In this document: positions 1-12,487 of the stretch, piece after piece
Layout: the number at the start of each line of letters is the position of its first letter
Numbering within the stretch: the stretch's first letter is position 1
Assembly (NCBI RefSeq): GCF_009914755.1
Contig: NC_060928.1
DNA: 64,000 nt
Strand: one strand, 5' to 3'
Source: the human T2T-CHM13v2.0 reference genome, Homo sapiens
The notes under the pieces: model-generated
Seen by the model: the letters and a program-made list of their open reading frames with translations, nothing else
What the model was told of the DNA's origin: nothing
The model's database searches: none
Translations under genes and position numbers: made by a program

Positions 1-272
1 GCCTGTAGCTCCTTTGTTTTGGCCACCTTCTCCCATTTGGGACAGCTGTATTTACCCAATTCCTGTAACCCCAATGTCTCGATGGAGTAACTATCTTGAT
101 TTTGACTTTACAGACTCATAGACAGAAGGGGCTTGCCTTGTCTCAGATGAGACTTTGGACTTGGACTTTTGGGTTAATGCTGGAATGAGTTAAGTCTTGG
201 GGGGACTTTTGGCAAGGCATGATTGTGTTTATAAATGTGAGGACATAAGATTTGAAATGGACCAGGCTGTAA
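1..272 (+). mobile_element. THE1 (ERVL-MaLR) internal region, 3' end; the element continues upstream of the window
   Basis: Contains GCTTGCCTTGTCTCAGATGAGACTTTGGACTTGGACTTTTGGGTTAATGCTGGAATGAGTTAAG, typical of the THE1/MST-int 3' end, and abuts the LTR directly. Confidence 0.85.
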
Positions 273-630
273 TGATATGGTTTGGCTGTGTCCCCACCCA
301 AATCTCTTCTTGAATTGTACTTCCCATTATCTCCACATGTTATGGGAGGGACCCAGTGGGAGATAATTGGATCATGGGGGCAGTTGTCCCCATGCTATTC
401 TCTCGAAGGTAAGGTCTCACAAGATCTGATGGTTTTATAAGGGGCTTTCCTCTTCACTCAGTTCTCATTTTCTCTCTTGCCAACCTCTGAAGGGTTGCCT
501 TCCACCACAATTGTAATATTCCTGAGGCCTCCCCAGCCATGCACAACTGTGGGTCAATTGAACCTCTTTTCTTTCTAAGTTACCCAATCTTCAGTATTTC
601 TTCATAGCTGCATGAGAATGGACTAATACA
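273..630 (+). mobile_element. THE1 (B/C/D-like) 3' LTR
   Basis: Starts TGATATGGTTTGGCTGTGTCCCCACCCAAATCTC and ends GAGAATGGACTAATACA (TG...CA), 358 bp. Confidence 0.92.
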
Positions 631-1724
631 ACTGTGATTGAGATCATTTTCTGCAATATATGACTGTTGAGCCCGCTCTATGCTGGGGAACTTAGAACGT
701 ATGCAATCTCATTAAATCATCTCAATGGCCTTGAGAAGTGCCTGTCAATATCCCTGCTTTGAGAATAAGAAAGAGAGACTCAGAAGTGAAGTGACTTGTC
801 TGAATTCTTTCTGGCAGAATGTGCAGGTTTGGGATACAAAACAGATCAGTCTCAATCCAAAGTTCATGCTCTTTCTACTGTACCATGTGGTCTGTTTTAT
901 TCTTGTTCTTTTCTTCTACATCTCTCTGAGAAGACTGAATTACAATTTCATGAAATTCTTTGGGGATAAGGGTCTTTTAGATGGAATTCTTACTCAATTA
1001 CAAGAACACAGACACAATATTCAAGATAGAGGGATTTAAGCTAAGGGACAGTTGATAATTTGTTGTCTTCATATTTCTCAGAATTGTAGTTTCAAATACA
1101 GAAAGAATAATTACATAATCTGAAAATAATAAGACAACATACTTAACTTGCTGCTAGAGCTATATATCATGGAATATCAAATATTAGACAGGACATTTAA
1201 GCAAGACAGTATCAGGGGTACTTTGCCTTGCTCCTTTATACATGTAGTTGCTATGGTTACAAGAGATACTGAATTGTGTGGAGCCTGAAGAAGCTACTCT
1301 AATACTTTGTTTGACATTGGTGAATATTTCTCTCTCTGAGATGTAGCAGGTGGAAGAGTGACAATGTTTTGTGGTCATAAACATAAATTGCCAAAAAAGT
1401 CTCCCAAAATTATTTTGTTTGGTGAAATATCATTTCCTTTACTTTTTTCTTTTATGTTACCCTACAATACAAGCAAAATGTAGCTATGAAGGCAGAGGAA
1501 GGTTCCGGAAAACTGAGAGAGTGTTACTCTCAAGAGCACAAATATAGCAGGGTTGAGGCCAATGACCTACTTACACCCACAAAGCACTTTCTCTAAACTT
1601 GAGGCCATTTCTCTCCCTAAATAGAACCAATAATTAAAATAGTGAGTGTTTCACTCAGGTGCACTAATTGAGTCTGAAGCTGGATTTCATAAGTAAGCTT
1701 TTGTTGTTAAAGAATACAGCTATT

Positions 1725-1992
1725 TATCTATCTATATATCCTTTAACAAATGTATAAATTATATTTAATTATATATTATATATTTAATTATTTATATTTA
1801 TATATAATTATATGTTATATATATTGGGGATCATGGGGGCAGTTGTCCCCATGCTATTCTCTTGAAGGTAAGGTCTCACAAGCTCTGATGGTTTTATAAG
1901 GGGCTATATATATAATTATATATATAATTAAATATAACATAATTATATATAATTATATTATATAATTAAATATAATATATATTTGTTATATT
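1725..1992. repeat. AT-rich low-complexity (TA)n-like tract interrupted by a 78-bp THE1 LTR copy at 1828-1905
   Basis: The flanks are almost pure A/T. The insert matches 369-446 at 76/78 positions. Confidence 0.9.
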
Positions 1993-2704
1993 TCTATCTC
2001 AGTTTGGGGATACAAGTCAGACATTCGTTTTCTCTCATTCTCCAGAAAATAAAATTACATTTACAAATTTTATACATGGTCAAAAAATAGCAGCTAGGTT
2101 AGAGTAATTTCTATTTCATTTTAAAAATTCAGAAGTTCTAATTATTAGCATCCTGATTATGATAGCTGCAAAAATCCAAGAATATTTGGCTTGTCCTCAT
2201 TAATTTTCCATCCAGTTGAGAGCATTAACAGTTTCTGTAGACAGTAGCCAAATGCATCTGAGAAGCAACCAGTTGATTGCTTTGAAACCTAAAGGACTAT
2301 AAGACACTGTCACAAGGTAAACTCTGTGTATGAATAGGAGAGTCAGGTTTATAGCGTTTAAAGATTATCTTCATTTGTATTTCAAAACAGACAGAAAGGT
2401 CTTTTGGGAAAAGTACAAGATCAAACATCCTTGTAGAAAATAAATATTATTTGGGGAGGAATCCAAAATAGCCCATTTCTGCAAAGTAATCAAATGCAAT
2501 CTGCAGTTATTATTTGGCTCATATGTACATATTATTTTATACAGTGTATGGGTACTGGGACTCAGACAATGAATTTTTTAAAGGGTGACAACTGAAGAAA
2601 CAGCTTATCCTTTTGACCGTTGCTTATTTGACAGCCCTTTTAAAACTGATATCTATAATGGATATTCCAGGTTGACTAAATTGAAGTTTGTTGGGTATAA
2701 AACA

Positions 2705-2795
2705 CTTCTGCTAGACTGTAAGCACATGCACTTCAGAAACCCATGTCTTTTTTGTTTATTATTAGAGCCCCAGCGTCTAGGGGAAGGGCACTTGC
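2705..2795 (+). mobile_element. L2 3'-end fragment
   Basis: CTAGACTGTAAGC...CCATGTCTTT resembles the L2 3' terminus. Confidence 0.5.
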
Positions 2796-3243
2796 TAATC
2801 TTCATCTTCCTTTAAAACTGTTTCTGTCTTGGTTACAAGAGCAAAAAAGTCACACAGACTAGGGATTACAAACTCACCTTTCCTTGGTTCAAGTGTCAAG
2901 TGACCTGAGCCAAGACAATAAGATTTTTTCCTTATGATTTTAATTTCTGAAACAGGAAGAAATTGGAGATGCTGTTTTTAGATGAGATGCTGTTAAGATA
3001 AAAGAAAAAGATACTTACTGCCATAGTTTCAATGTTCAGAGAAATTCCTCACAGTAAAACAGAACATGACATTGATGCATGAAATAGAGAGAAGAGACAT
3101 CCCTAAATAAAGTCATCTGTTCTTAGCCAACCCTAAATGATGCAGTTTAAGCTGTCCTAATTTCATGATTTTGTTACATGACCCAATAAATTTCTTTTTA
3201 TACCTTAAACTAACTCAAGTTGTGTTTTTTTGAATTAAACTAG

Positions 3244-3245
<2 letters not shown>

Positions 3246-3274
<29 letters not shown>
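3246..3274. repeat. poly(T) run, 29 nt
   Basis: Read directly from the sequence. Confidence 0.95.
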
Positions 3275-3277
<3 letters not shown>

Positions 3278-5471
3278 AATTCCCTTAGCACAGTGTTCAG
3301 TTCCTCCAGTGAATCTCTATAAGATTCAAGGAAAAGCTTCTTAACCTTCTCACATTTTTATAGAACAAGAGTGTGGGTCTAAACAATTGCCATGTCCATC
3401 TTATACTCTGATTCTCTCTCTCTGGATACTGGTCTATAAAACTTCTCATGACGCTTGTGGTTGCCACAGTGTGATAGATGTTAGCTAGAATGTAACAAAA
3501 AAATCCTCCTATTATTACCCAATTTTTATGTACTCATCTTTTACTCTGATACCTCTACCTCTCAACCGTTTCTCCTACTCTCCTTAAAGAATTTGTTACT
3601 AAACTTGCAGTATCAACATGGAATTCAAAAATTACCTCTGCTTTCTCCATTTCAGGCTGAACCTCGCTGGTGATTCAGATGGATCATGAGGATCTTTCAA
3701 CAAAGCTAAGTTCCCGTCTTTTAACGCAGTTATTCTCATACTTTTATACTGAAATATCCAGAATAGCAAATGAGTTAAATATGTTTTCTGTGGGGTTCTG
3801 TACAAAGAGGATTTAGAGCTTTATGAACCTAAAATAACATATCACAAGGAGAAAATTTACTTGAAGTGGGAGACTTGGCTTAAAAGCATCTAATATAAAT
3901 TGTATATTATATTCAATAATACAAAAGCAATGCTTTATTTAGAATGAATTAAAATGCATGCTTCAGACAAAATGCATGATGTTTAGCTTTTGATTTACTG
4001 AATATACTATTCAACAGATGTTTGAGTTACATAGTTTGAGGAGCACAGGCCTTTGGTATTGATGGCTCCTGTTAAAATAAAAACATGTTTTCTGAGAGCA
4101 TAATCATATGAAACCAGGAGCACATATTAACATAAAACTCAAATCACTTCCCCTGACTTTCTTCTTTCAAATGTAAAGAAAGTGGGAAACAGGACAGATG
4201 AATTTGAAGAAACAGAAGAGCTCAGGAAAGTTCAAAGCATGAAGCAAACTCAAAAGTATATCTAAATACCTAGGGAGCACCTTCAAAGCACAAGGTACCT
4301 GAAGATGAAACGGCAGAAGTGAAAAGAATTGCTCGTGTAGTACAGGGCTAAAATTGTACCTGAAGCATCTCTGCTGCTATCCCAGGAGAAGAAGAGTCGA
4401 CAGTAGCTATGGTAAACATGCATGGAAGCATCAGGGAAAACAGAAATTTAGAGAAGCAGATAGAGTGAGCCCAAGGCAAGATAAGGGTTTCTGGGTCTGA
4501 ATTTCAGAAAAGCCTGACTATGGAGAGTGGGAGTTCCTGTTTTCTTTCAGTGACTTGCTAATTTCAATTTTGTGTGTGTGTGGCATTAACAGATTTTTGC
4601 CTAACTTGGGACATTTTTAACAGTAGAGGAACTCTTCTGTCAGTTCTGATATGGTAATTTTAAAACACATATTCTTTAACTGAACATTCATTAAATCACT
4701 TGGCCAGGAATCCAAATAACAAAATGTCTGTCATGGAATTCTGTGTGTAATAGGAGTTATGTAACTTGTTTCTTCTTAGTAGAGAGAATAAAAAGTAAAG
4801 TCAAAACCACCCCCAGATGACCATTTTTAGCACTTTCATTTTATCGGGAGAGGTGAGCAACATGCAGAAAATATATATTCTTGAATTAATCTCCTTTGGG
4901 TACAGAGAGAAAAGAGCTCATTATTCTTCTAACTGGCAACGTTTGATTTTATTGACACCCTAACAGTATGTCAATTGCTCAGTATATCTCCCTAGGCTGT
5001 AGTCTTGCAGACTTTCTTTTTTCTTTTTTTTTTTAACTTACCAATTCTATGATGTATTCCCATGGATGTCTCTTTTTATGCTATTTTACAATCTATTTCT
5101 AGAATAATCATGGAAATTTCAATGGAAACAACATATCACATTCTCTGTCTACTACATAAGTATGTCTTTTTTATTTGTAAATAGATCATATTTTGCACAT
5201 AATTAGGTAATACCCACATATCTCAATTTGGCTTAGGAATTATATTGAAAGATAGAATTGCATAAGGGTAGGGATTTTACTTTTAAATTATTTTCATGTC
5301 TCCATGGATTGGCTCTGTGCTTTACACCCAGTAGCTGTGAAACAAGTACTTATTTAATGATGAATGAATAAATAAATAAATAGTTAAATGCAGCAACAAA
5401 AATGTTGGTAGATATATAGGATTGTAGAATCTAATTGCTTAGTAGGATCATCAAGTTCTACCCAAATTTGG

Positions 5472-5990
5472 TGTGGCAAACAGAACAATGGTCCCTTAAG
5501 GATGGCCTAGTCCTAACCTCCCAAACCTGGAATATGTTACCTTATGTAACAAAGAGACTTTGCAGATGTAATTAAGTTAATGATCTTAAGACAGAAATAT
5601 TATTCTAAGTGAACTCAATGAAATTACAATGAACAATGTTCCTTAAAAGAGGAAGGCAAAAGTTCAGAATGAAACACACAGACACACATAAAGTGGCTAC
5701 GAAAGCAGAAGTAGTGAGAGATTTGAAGATGCTACCTTACTAGATTCAAAGACAGAGGAAGGGGTTAAAATCTGAGGAAATCAGGCAAGGCAGCCTTTCG
5801 AAGCTGCAGAAGATGAGGAAATGAATTCTCCCTAGAACTTCCAGATAGAAACAGCCCTACTGATTCCTTGACATTAGCTCAGTGAAACGTATTTTCAGAC
5901 TCTAACTTCCAGATCTGTAGGAGATAAATTTGTGTTGTTTAAGCTACTACATTTGTGGCAGTTTGTCAAAGTAGCAAAAGGAAACGTATA
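5472..5990 (+). mobile_element. MLT1D-like MaLR solo LTR with 5-bp TSD TTTGG
   Basis: Starts TGTGGCAAACAGAACAATGG...GAATATGTTACCTTA...GACTTTGCAGATGTAATTAAG and ends ...TTTGTGTTGTTTAAGCTACTAC...GGAAACGTATA. TTTGG flanks it at 5467-5471 and 5991-5995. Confidence 0.85.
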
Positions 5991-5995
5991 TTTGG

Positions 5996-6135
5996 TAGGC
6001 ATCAGAATTTCCTGAGCAATATAGTGTGATTACCTTTGAAAATTCTACTCAGCAGTCCTGGAATTGCAGCCTGAAATTTGAAATTTACTAAGTGCTCCCA
6101 CTATATCTGAGTCAGGAATTACCTAGGAAACCATG
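5996..6135. mobile_element. MER5-like (hAT-Charlie) relic, apparently interrupted by the MLT1D LTR
   Basis: Joining the flanks gives CCCAAATTTGG|TAGGCATCAGAATTTCCTG, which resembles the MER5 start. A MER5-like GCCTGAAATTTGAAATTT...AAGTGCTCCCA follows. Confidence 0.45.
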
Positions 6136-8380
6136 ATATATTGCATTACACTAATTTTGTACTTGAGAAAAAGCACAATGTTAAAATCTCAAGAACATTA
6201 ATATAGACTTAAGTACAATTTATCATGTAAAAACATATTTGAAAAAGTAAGCCTGAAAAAAAGAAACAACTGAACTATTAACACTATATTCTCTAACTAT
6301 ATATTGATTTTCTCCTTTTGCTTTTACACAGCGAACCACATATACTTTCACAGAGGGTGATTTGGATAATATGTTCCATGCATTGCTCCAAGCAGAAATT
6401 CTCAATCTATCATTTCTGCTTGTATTATTTTACACCTCTTAAAGACATTCACATTCCATCACAGGGAGCCAAAATCAGCCTGTTATATCTCTGTTTGCGA
6501 ATACCGCAATACTTACTTTACTTTCTCCTGAATAGATTGTTAGTGGTTTTTATTATCTCCTGTAAAGAGTGTGAGAAATGCATGTTGCAAGGACACTTTT
6601 GTTTTATTCACATTATTCTACTGAATCATGCTAACCATAGCATTACATCTATTTATCTATCTAGCTATTAAACATATTCAGAATACCTAACAACTTTAGG
6701 GGCATTCAGTATATAGAATATGCTAGTATTTGTTATTTTCTAAAAATTAATAATTAAGAATGTCATTCTATTATTGCATTAGTGACTTAGTTAAAATTTA
6801 GACCATTAACAAAAAAGAGATGAAAAAAAAAACAAAAAACATTAGGCACTAAAGGAGTCCTCAGCAATGGCTTTTTCAAAATGATAATTTGGCATCATAA
6901 AGTGGGTATTTGGTAACCATACTCTATTACAGAACAGCAAATGGAATTTATGTTCTATTTTCCTATATCCACTTCTTTACTATAATTTAGCAATCATTGT
7001 AATTCTTACTATATAGTTATTTCAAATTTGATATGATTCTTAAAGATGCTCTGATAGTAACATTTTCTTTGGTGCCTCATGTCACTCTCTCTCTCTTTCT
7101 TTAAAAAATAAGTTGTCTTTACAGGAACAAATTTCACTATAGATGCCTGACTTTCTCCTTTCAAAATGATTATTGAAACTCATTGAGATCTGGCACTCTG
7201 TGTTTCTTATTTTTATTCCGTACGTAGGAAAAAAAGAACTCAGAGACACACATGGTTTTAAGAGGCTGTGACTGTCAACTCTGCCCCTTCCTATTGAATA
7301 TTGAAGCCTTTATGTTATTGAATACATTGAATATATTGCAAATTGGAACCCCATTAATAGGATTCTAAGAAGCCTTACTACTAGATCTGGATTCTAAGCC
7401 TCCTTGCTTGTATGATAGGTTATTGTCTGAGACATTAAGCAACTAGACCTATGTTGGGACACTTGCTTCACAAGGTAATGCGATGTATTAATAATGAGGA
7501 AAGAAAAATTGCCCTGCTTGTGCTAGTGAGGATCTTGAGCACTCTCTATTTTCTCTTCACTCCTGCTTTAGTGGTTGCAGAAAAGATTTTTTTTCTGTCA
7601 GATGTACATGCAGTAGCAAAAAATTGAAGCATCTTTCCTCACTAATGAGCTGCAAAATTTAACAGTTTGGGGGAGTCTCCATGGAAACTTTTTAATATGG
7701 TGACCTATGAGTGCTAAATGTGTATGAGGTGACAATTCCTTCTACATGGAAGACTGTCACAGATAGCATATGGTAGGACTTTATGAAAGCCACTAAAATT
7801 ATTTCTGCCTCAGTTTCCATCACTATAAAGGCATAATCATATAATCTCCAGTCATAAGGATTACTGAGATAATCTTTAAATTTGCATTAAATTCCTTGGA
7901 GATAGGCATTATATAAATAGGAAGCTCCATATTAAATGAACAAAATTTCAATAAAGAGTGGCTACACTTAATGGATACAATGTGGTCTGAAATTTAAGTA
8001 ATTGACCAGAAATCAGGACTTGGGACCAATTACTGGACATCCAATTTGTGTCATTTGAGAGAAATTGCATAGAACATTCTTTCCTCATTTTCAACATTTA
8101 CTTATTACATGAAGTAGATAATTTAACACTAAATAAGGCTATAGTTACATTTTCTCCATGTGTCACTGCAGGCTGCAAAAAAAAGTATTATATTAAATTA
8201 ATAGTCAGAATCTTTCCCCAAATGATGATAATTGGATCTCTGATTGAAAGGACACCAAAGAAATGGCTAGAGAAAATATAGCTCTGTCCTCAGTATATAG
8301 TATTTTTAATAATAATCTATATTTTTAAAGTATTACATCATGTTCACTCCAAGAAGGGAGAAAAGAGCTCAAAACATATC

Positions 8381-8546
8381 TGGTGGCACATCTGTAGTCC
8401 CAGCTACTTGGGAGATTGAGGCAGGAGGATCACTTTAGCCCAGGAATTTAAGGCTGCTGTAAGCTATGATTGCACCTGTGAATAGCTACTGTACTACAGC
8501 CTGGGCAATATAGGAGGATACTGTCTCTTAAAAAAACAAAACAAAA
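8381..8546 (+). mobile_element. FAM (fossil Alu monomer), 5'-truncated
   Basis: Single Alu monomer retaining the 7SL-derived CCTGTGAATAGC segment that dimeric Alus lack, followed by an A-rich tail. Confidence 0.85.
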
Positions 8547-8982
8547 TATCTGACATTTAGCTTATAAATCTCATGTATTAATGGTTCATATTTCTGTTAT
8601 TCATGCTGACATAATTATTGTGAAGTCTTTTTGCATGTGATAAGAATCTATATTCTTATTCAATATCTATTAAATATATGGTACTCTGCTAGAGTATTCT
8701 GATGGACTCAGGGTAGAAAAATGACTAAAACAACAGCTATCTGAATTTCTCTATCTTAATCAGTATGCATAGTGTTAACCTTATATAAGAATGTCCCTAT
8801 AGTTAATCATTTGTGGTTTCATTAAGCAGTATTGAAGCTTTTAGAAGAAATCACACATACTGTGATTTAAGGAAGCCTGGCAGTTACAACAGAAAAAAGA
8901 AGCTGATTCATGTAGAATGTCTTGAAATTTTGTCACTGGTAATTTTGGCAAGAACATTATTAATGTTAAGATTTGTTTATAA

Positions 8983-9208
8983 CCAATGAGAACACATGGA
9001 CACAGGGAGGGGAACATCACACACCAGGGCCTGTCGGGGTTGGAGGACCAGGGGAGGGATAGCATTAGGAGAAATACCTAATGTAGATGATGAGTTGATG
9101 GGTGCAGCAAACCACCATGGCACGTGTATAGGCATACACTGTAACAAACCTGGATGTTCTGCACATGTATCCCAAAACTTAAAGAATAATTTTAAAAAGT
9201 TTTTTTTA
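8983..9208 (+). mobile_element. L1PA (L1PA7-like) 3' end, 5'-truncated, with 15-bp TSD
   Basis: L1 3'UTR CAATGAGAACACATGGACACAGGGAGGGGAACATCACACACC...AACTTAAAG. The TSD AAGATTTGTTTATAA is at 8968-8982 and 9209-9223. Confidence 0.93.
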
Positions 9209-9411
9209 AAGATTTGTTTATAAAATGGCAAATTGCTTAATCAGGGGAATCCTCATTGAGTTGAGAAGTATGAGCTGTGAAGTATGTTTTGCTGGAAATA
9301 AACTTGTAAGCCGCTACATATATATTCTCCAAACAGAAATAAACGCAAACATCATTTACCTGGAGGACAGGTTGAGAATGAGTTATAGCCTAACATGACA
9401 TACATAAGAAA

Positions 9412-9413
<2 letters not shown>

Positions 9414-9447
<34 letters not shown>
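9414..9447. repeat. poly(A) run, 34 nt
   Basis: Read directly from the sequence. No recognisable retroelement body lies upstream. Confidence 0.95.
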
Positions 9448-9448
<1 letters not shown>

Positions 9449-10543
9449 AGAATGAGGATGATACATGATCCCAAAATAGAAGTAAGCATTTTTTGGACAG
9501 AAAAGATTCTGAAAAACTTGTGTCCCAATGGTTCATCCTTGAATTGTATCATTGCAACTACCCCTCCCTCATACATATACCATGTCCTCTTCATGATTCT
9601 GAGAAATTTTGAAGACCAGATTCAAGGGGGTTCACAAATGCCACTAAGACCTTCATGTTACTAAGAATGATTAGTATATCAGCCTGGAGAAGCACTTGCT
9701 ACAGGTTAGGCAAATTAGGGTCCCCTTATAGAAGATGATTAAAGTAGACAGAAGGAATAAAATTAACGTATTATTCAATAAATCTTCCTTATGTCTCATC
9801 TGGCTAAATAAAAGTCCTGGGAATATATTTATAACTAACCATTATGCAAGTTCTTTCAACCCAAAATATTTTCTCCCTATATTAACTCTATGTACTCCCC
9901 TACACACACACATATATCTCCTAAACTTTTTAAACTATTCTAAGTTATGTGCTAGGAATTGTACTAGGCATTTTACAAATATAAATTCACGCTATTTGTA
10001 CATTTAGAAAAGTAAGATACAAGATTATTTTTAATCAATATTGACAAAATTTATCTTCTTTTTAAACATATTGACTAAATAGTTCAGAGTTCAAAGATGA
10101 ATTATGATAAAGAGTGTTTAGCAAAATGTTTACACATAAAATACTTTGAACTCACTAGCAATGAAGCAAATATTATAGCCCGAAGACTCTCAGGAAATTT
10201 AATCCAGAATGGAGGATACTAAGTGATGTATGGAACTGCTTATTCTACTTAAACATCAAAACTCCACATGAATCTTCGAAGTGTATCTCTGCGCCTTAAA
10301 TGAAAACACAGTTTTGACATTGTTTATTGCCTCTTGAGAGGAAACTCTGCTCAATTCATAAGTGAATCATGAATTACCCAATTTTTTCTTCCATGGGCTT
10401 CTCTCAGGGTGCCCCTTGGTTTAACTTCATTATGTACAAACATGGTATTACCTTCCATAACACAATATTTCATATACAGAGTGATATATCATTTAGATGA
10501 CTCTTTAGACCATCGTTTTGAAAGCTACAGTTTTCTGAGCTAA

Positions 10544-10877
<334 letters not shown>

Positions 10878-12487
10878 AGTAAAATCTTTCTTAATTAAAC
10901 AGCCCTATATTGTGCAACTATAATAGAATATGTGATATCTAAATTCAAAGGGTGAGAGAATCATAAAAGTTATCGTACATGCCTAAACTTATGTACCAAA
11001 ATGTGCTATGTACATGCATACAACTAAGTGTACTAGGCTTTCATCAGAAGTCCCTTTTAGTTATCTGCAGCTGCTTTATTCCTTTTTGTAGATCCCTTAT
11101 AATTATAAAAATATTTTTATATACATTCGAAATATCTTATGATTATATATAGTTACACATATTTGATATATATTTATATATGTATTACAGCGATGTATTT
11201 CTGATCAGTGTTTTCTAACAACCACAAATATGTGGAATATAACTTATACAAAAAACATTTTGGATGACATAACAACTCAGAAGTAATAATTTTCCACACC
11301 AATGACCTGTCTCTACTTCTAATATAAAGAAGGCATCAAGAAGTATGCTTTCTTAAATATGCTCCCCTTCAGCTGACAGTTTATTGGCTACCAAGACCTA
11401 TAGTGAGGAGCAAATATACATTTCTTTATTTAGAATATTGACCCTTGGGAGAGGTGTATTTCAAACGCATTTTTTTTTTTTGCAGGCTTGAGTGGTTAAG
11501 CTTTTTAACGATATAATTCTACAGAGATCATTTCTTCCAATTTTCTTTAATTTTCAGTTAAGTAATCTGTGACCTACTATACCTATTCATTTGGGGAGAA
11601 TTACAATGCAATTTCAATTTCAATTGAAGTCTCTGACCCTTATTTACTGAATCATAAGTATTTCATCCGATTGTATTTGTGAGCCAAGAACACTTTCTAC
11701 TTATTTGGGGATGCTTCTTTTTATTATTTCCTCAGGATAAGACAAACTTAGTGAGTGGAAGACTAGTTGTGTGGGAGAATAATAACTTATAAGACAGGTT
11801 TTCACCCAAGTGCCATAGAAAGACTGTCATACATTGATGATGATGTGAAATGTGAATTTAAGGCCTATTGTTTAATCCATTGCTCTTTTTAATACATTGA
11901 CTTTTTAGTGTGGTAGGGCAGCCGAGAAGTTAGCAATATTTCATTATTTCTCAAGTAAATCAACTCAAAAGATCATTACCAAAATAGTAAAATTCCACGT
12001 ATTTTCACTATCTGCCAAGTACTAAAACCCAGCGTCATCTTGTCATAAAAAAATAGCAATATATTGGAATCCTTTTTGAAGTCTTCAGTGCCCAAAGTAT
12101 GGAAGAGATCAGTTAACAAAAATGCATTAAGAGGAAGAATAATAGGATTTATGGATCTACTTTTAGTTTTGTTTTGTTTTTGCATTTTCATAATGTTTAT
12201 TGATATGGAGATATTACTTTTAAACATGCTATAGTTTAGCTTACATTTAGAATACATTTCCTGTAAATGAAAATGCACAATAGTAAGTAAAGTTACTAGT
12301 ACGGATTGACCATTGAAATCCCAATGAGGGTTCCAGGAGAGTAAGCCCTTGGAAAAGTCTCTTGTTATGATGGAACCAGGAAAGTCACAAGCATGACAAG
12401 GAATATGTTCTGTGAAAAGATGCCCCACGTGTCCAAATGCCTGGAGACACTGGATGATCTTTTTTCCAGAAACAACAACAGCAGTTT

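Noticed and set aside
4170-4530. Purine-rich, coding-like stretch (e.g. DEFEETEELRKVQSMKQ)
   Set aside because: The frames I read end in stops within ~25 codons, and I recognise no parent protein, poly(A) or TSD. A pseudogene cannot be supported without a search.
11976-12428. 150-aa ORF on the minus strand
   Set aside because: AT-rich, with no domain, no splice context and no other support.
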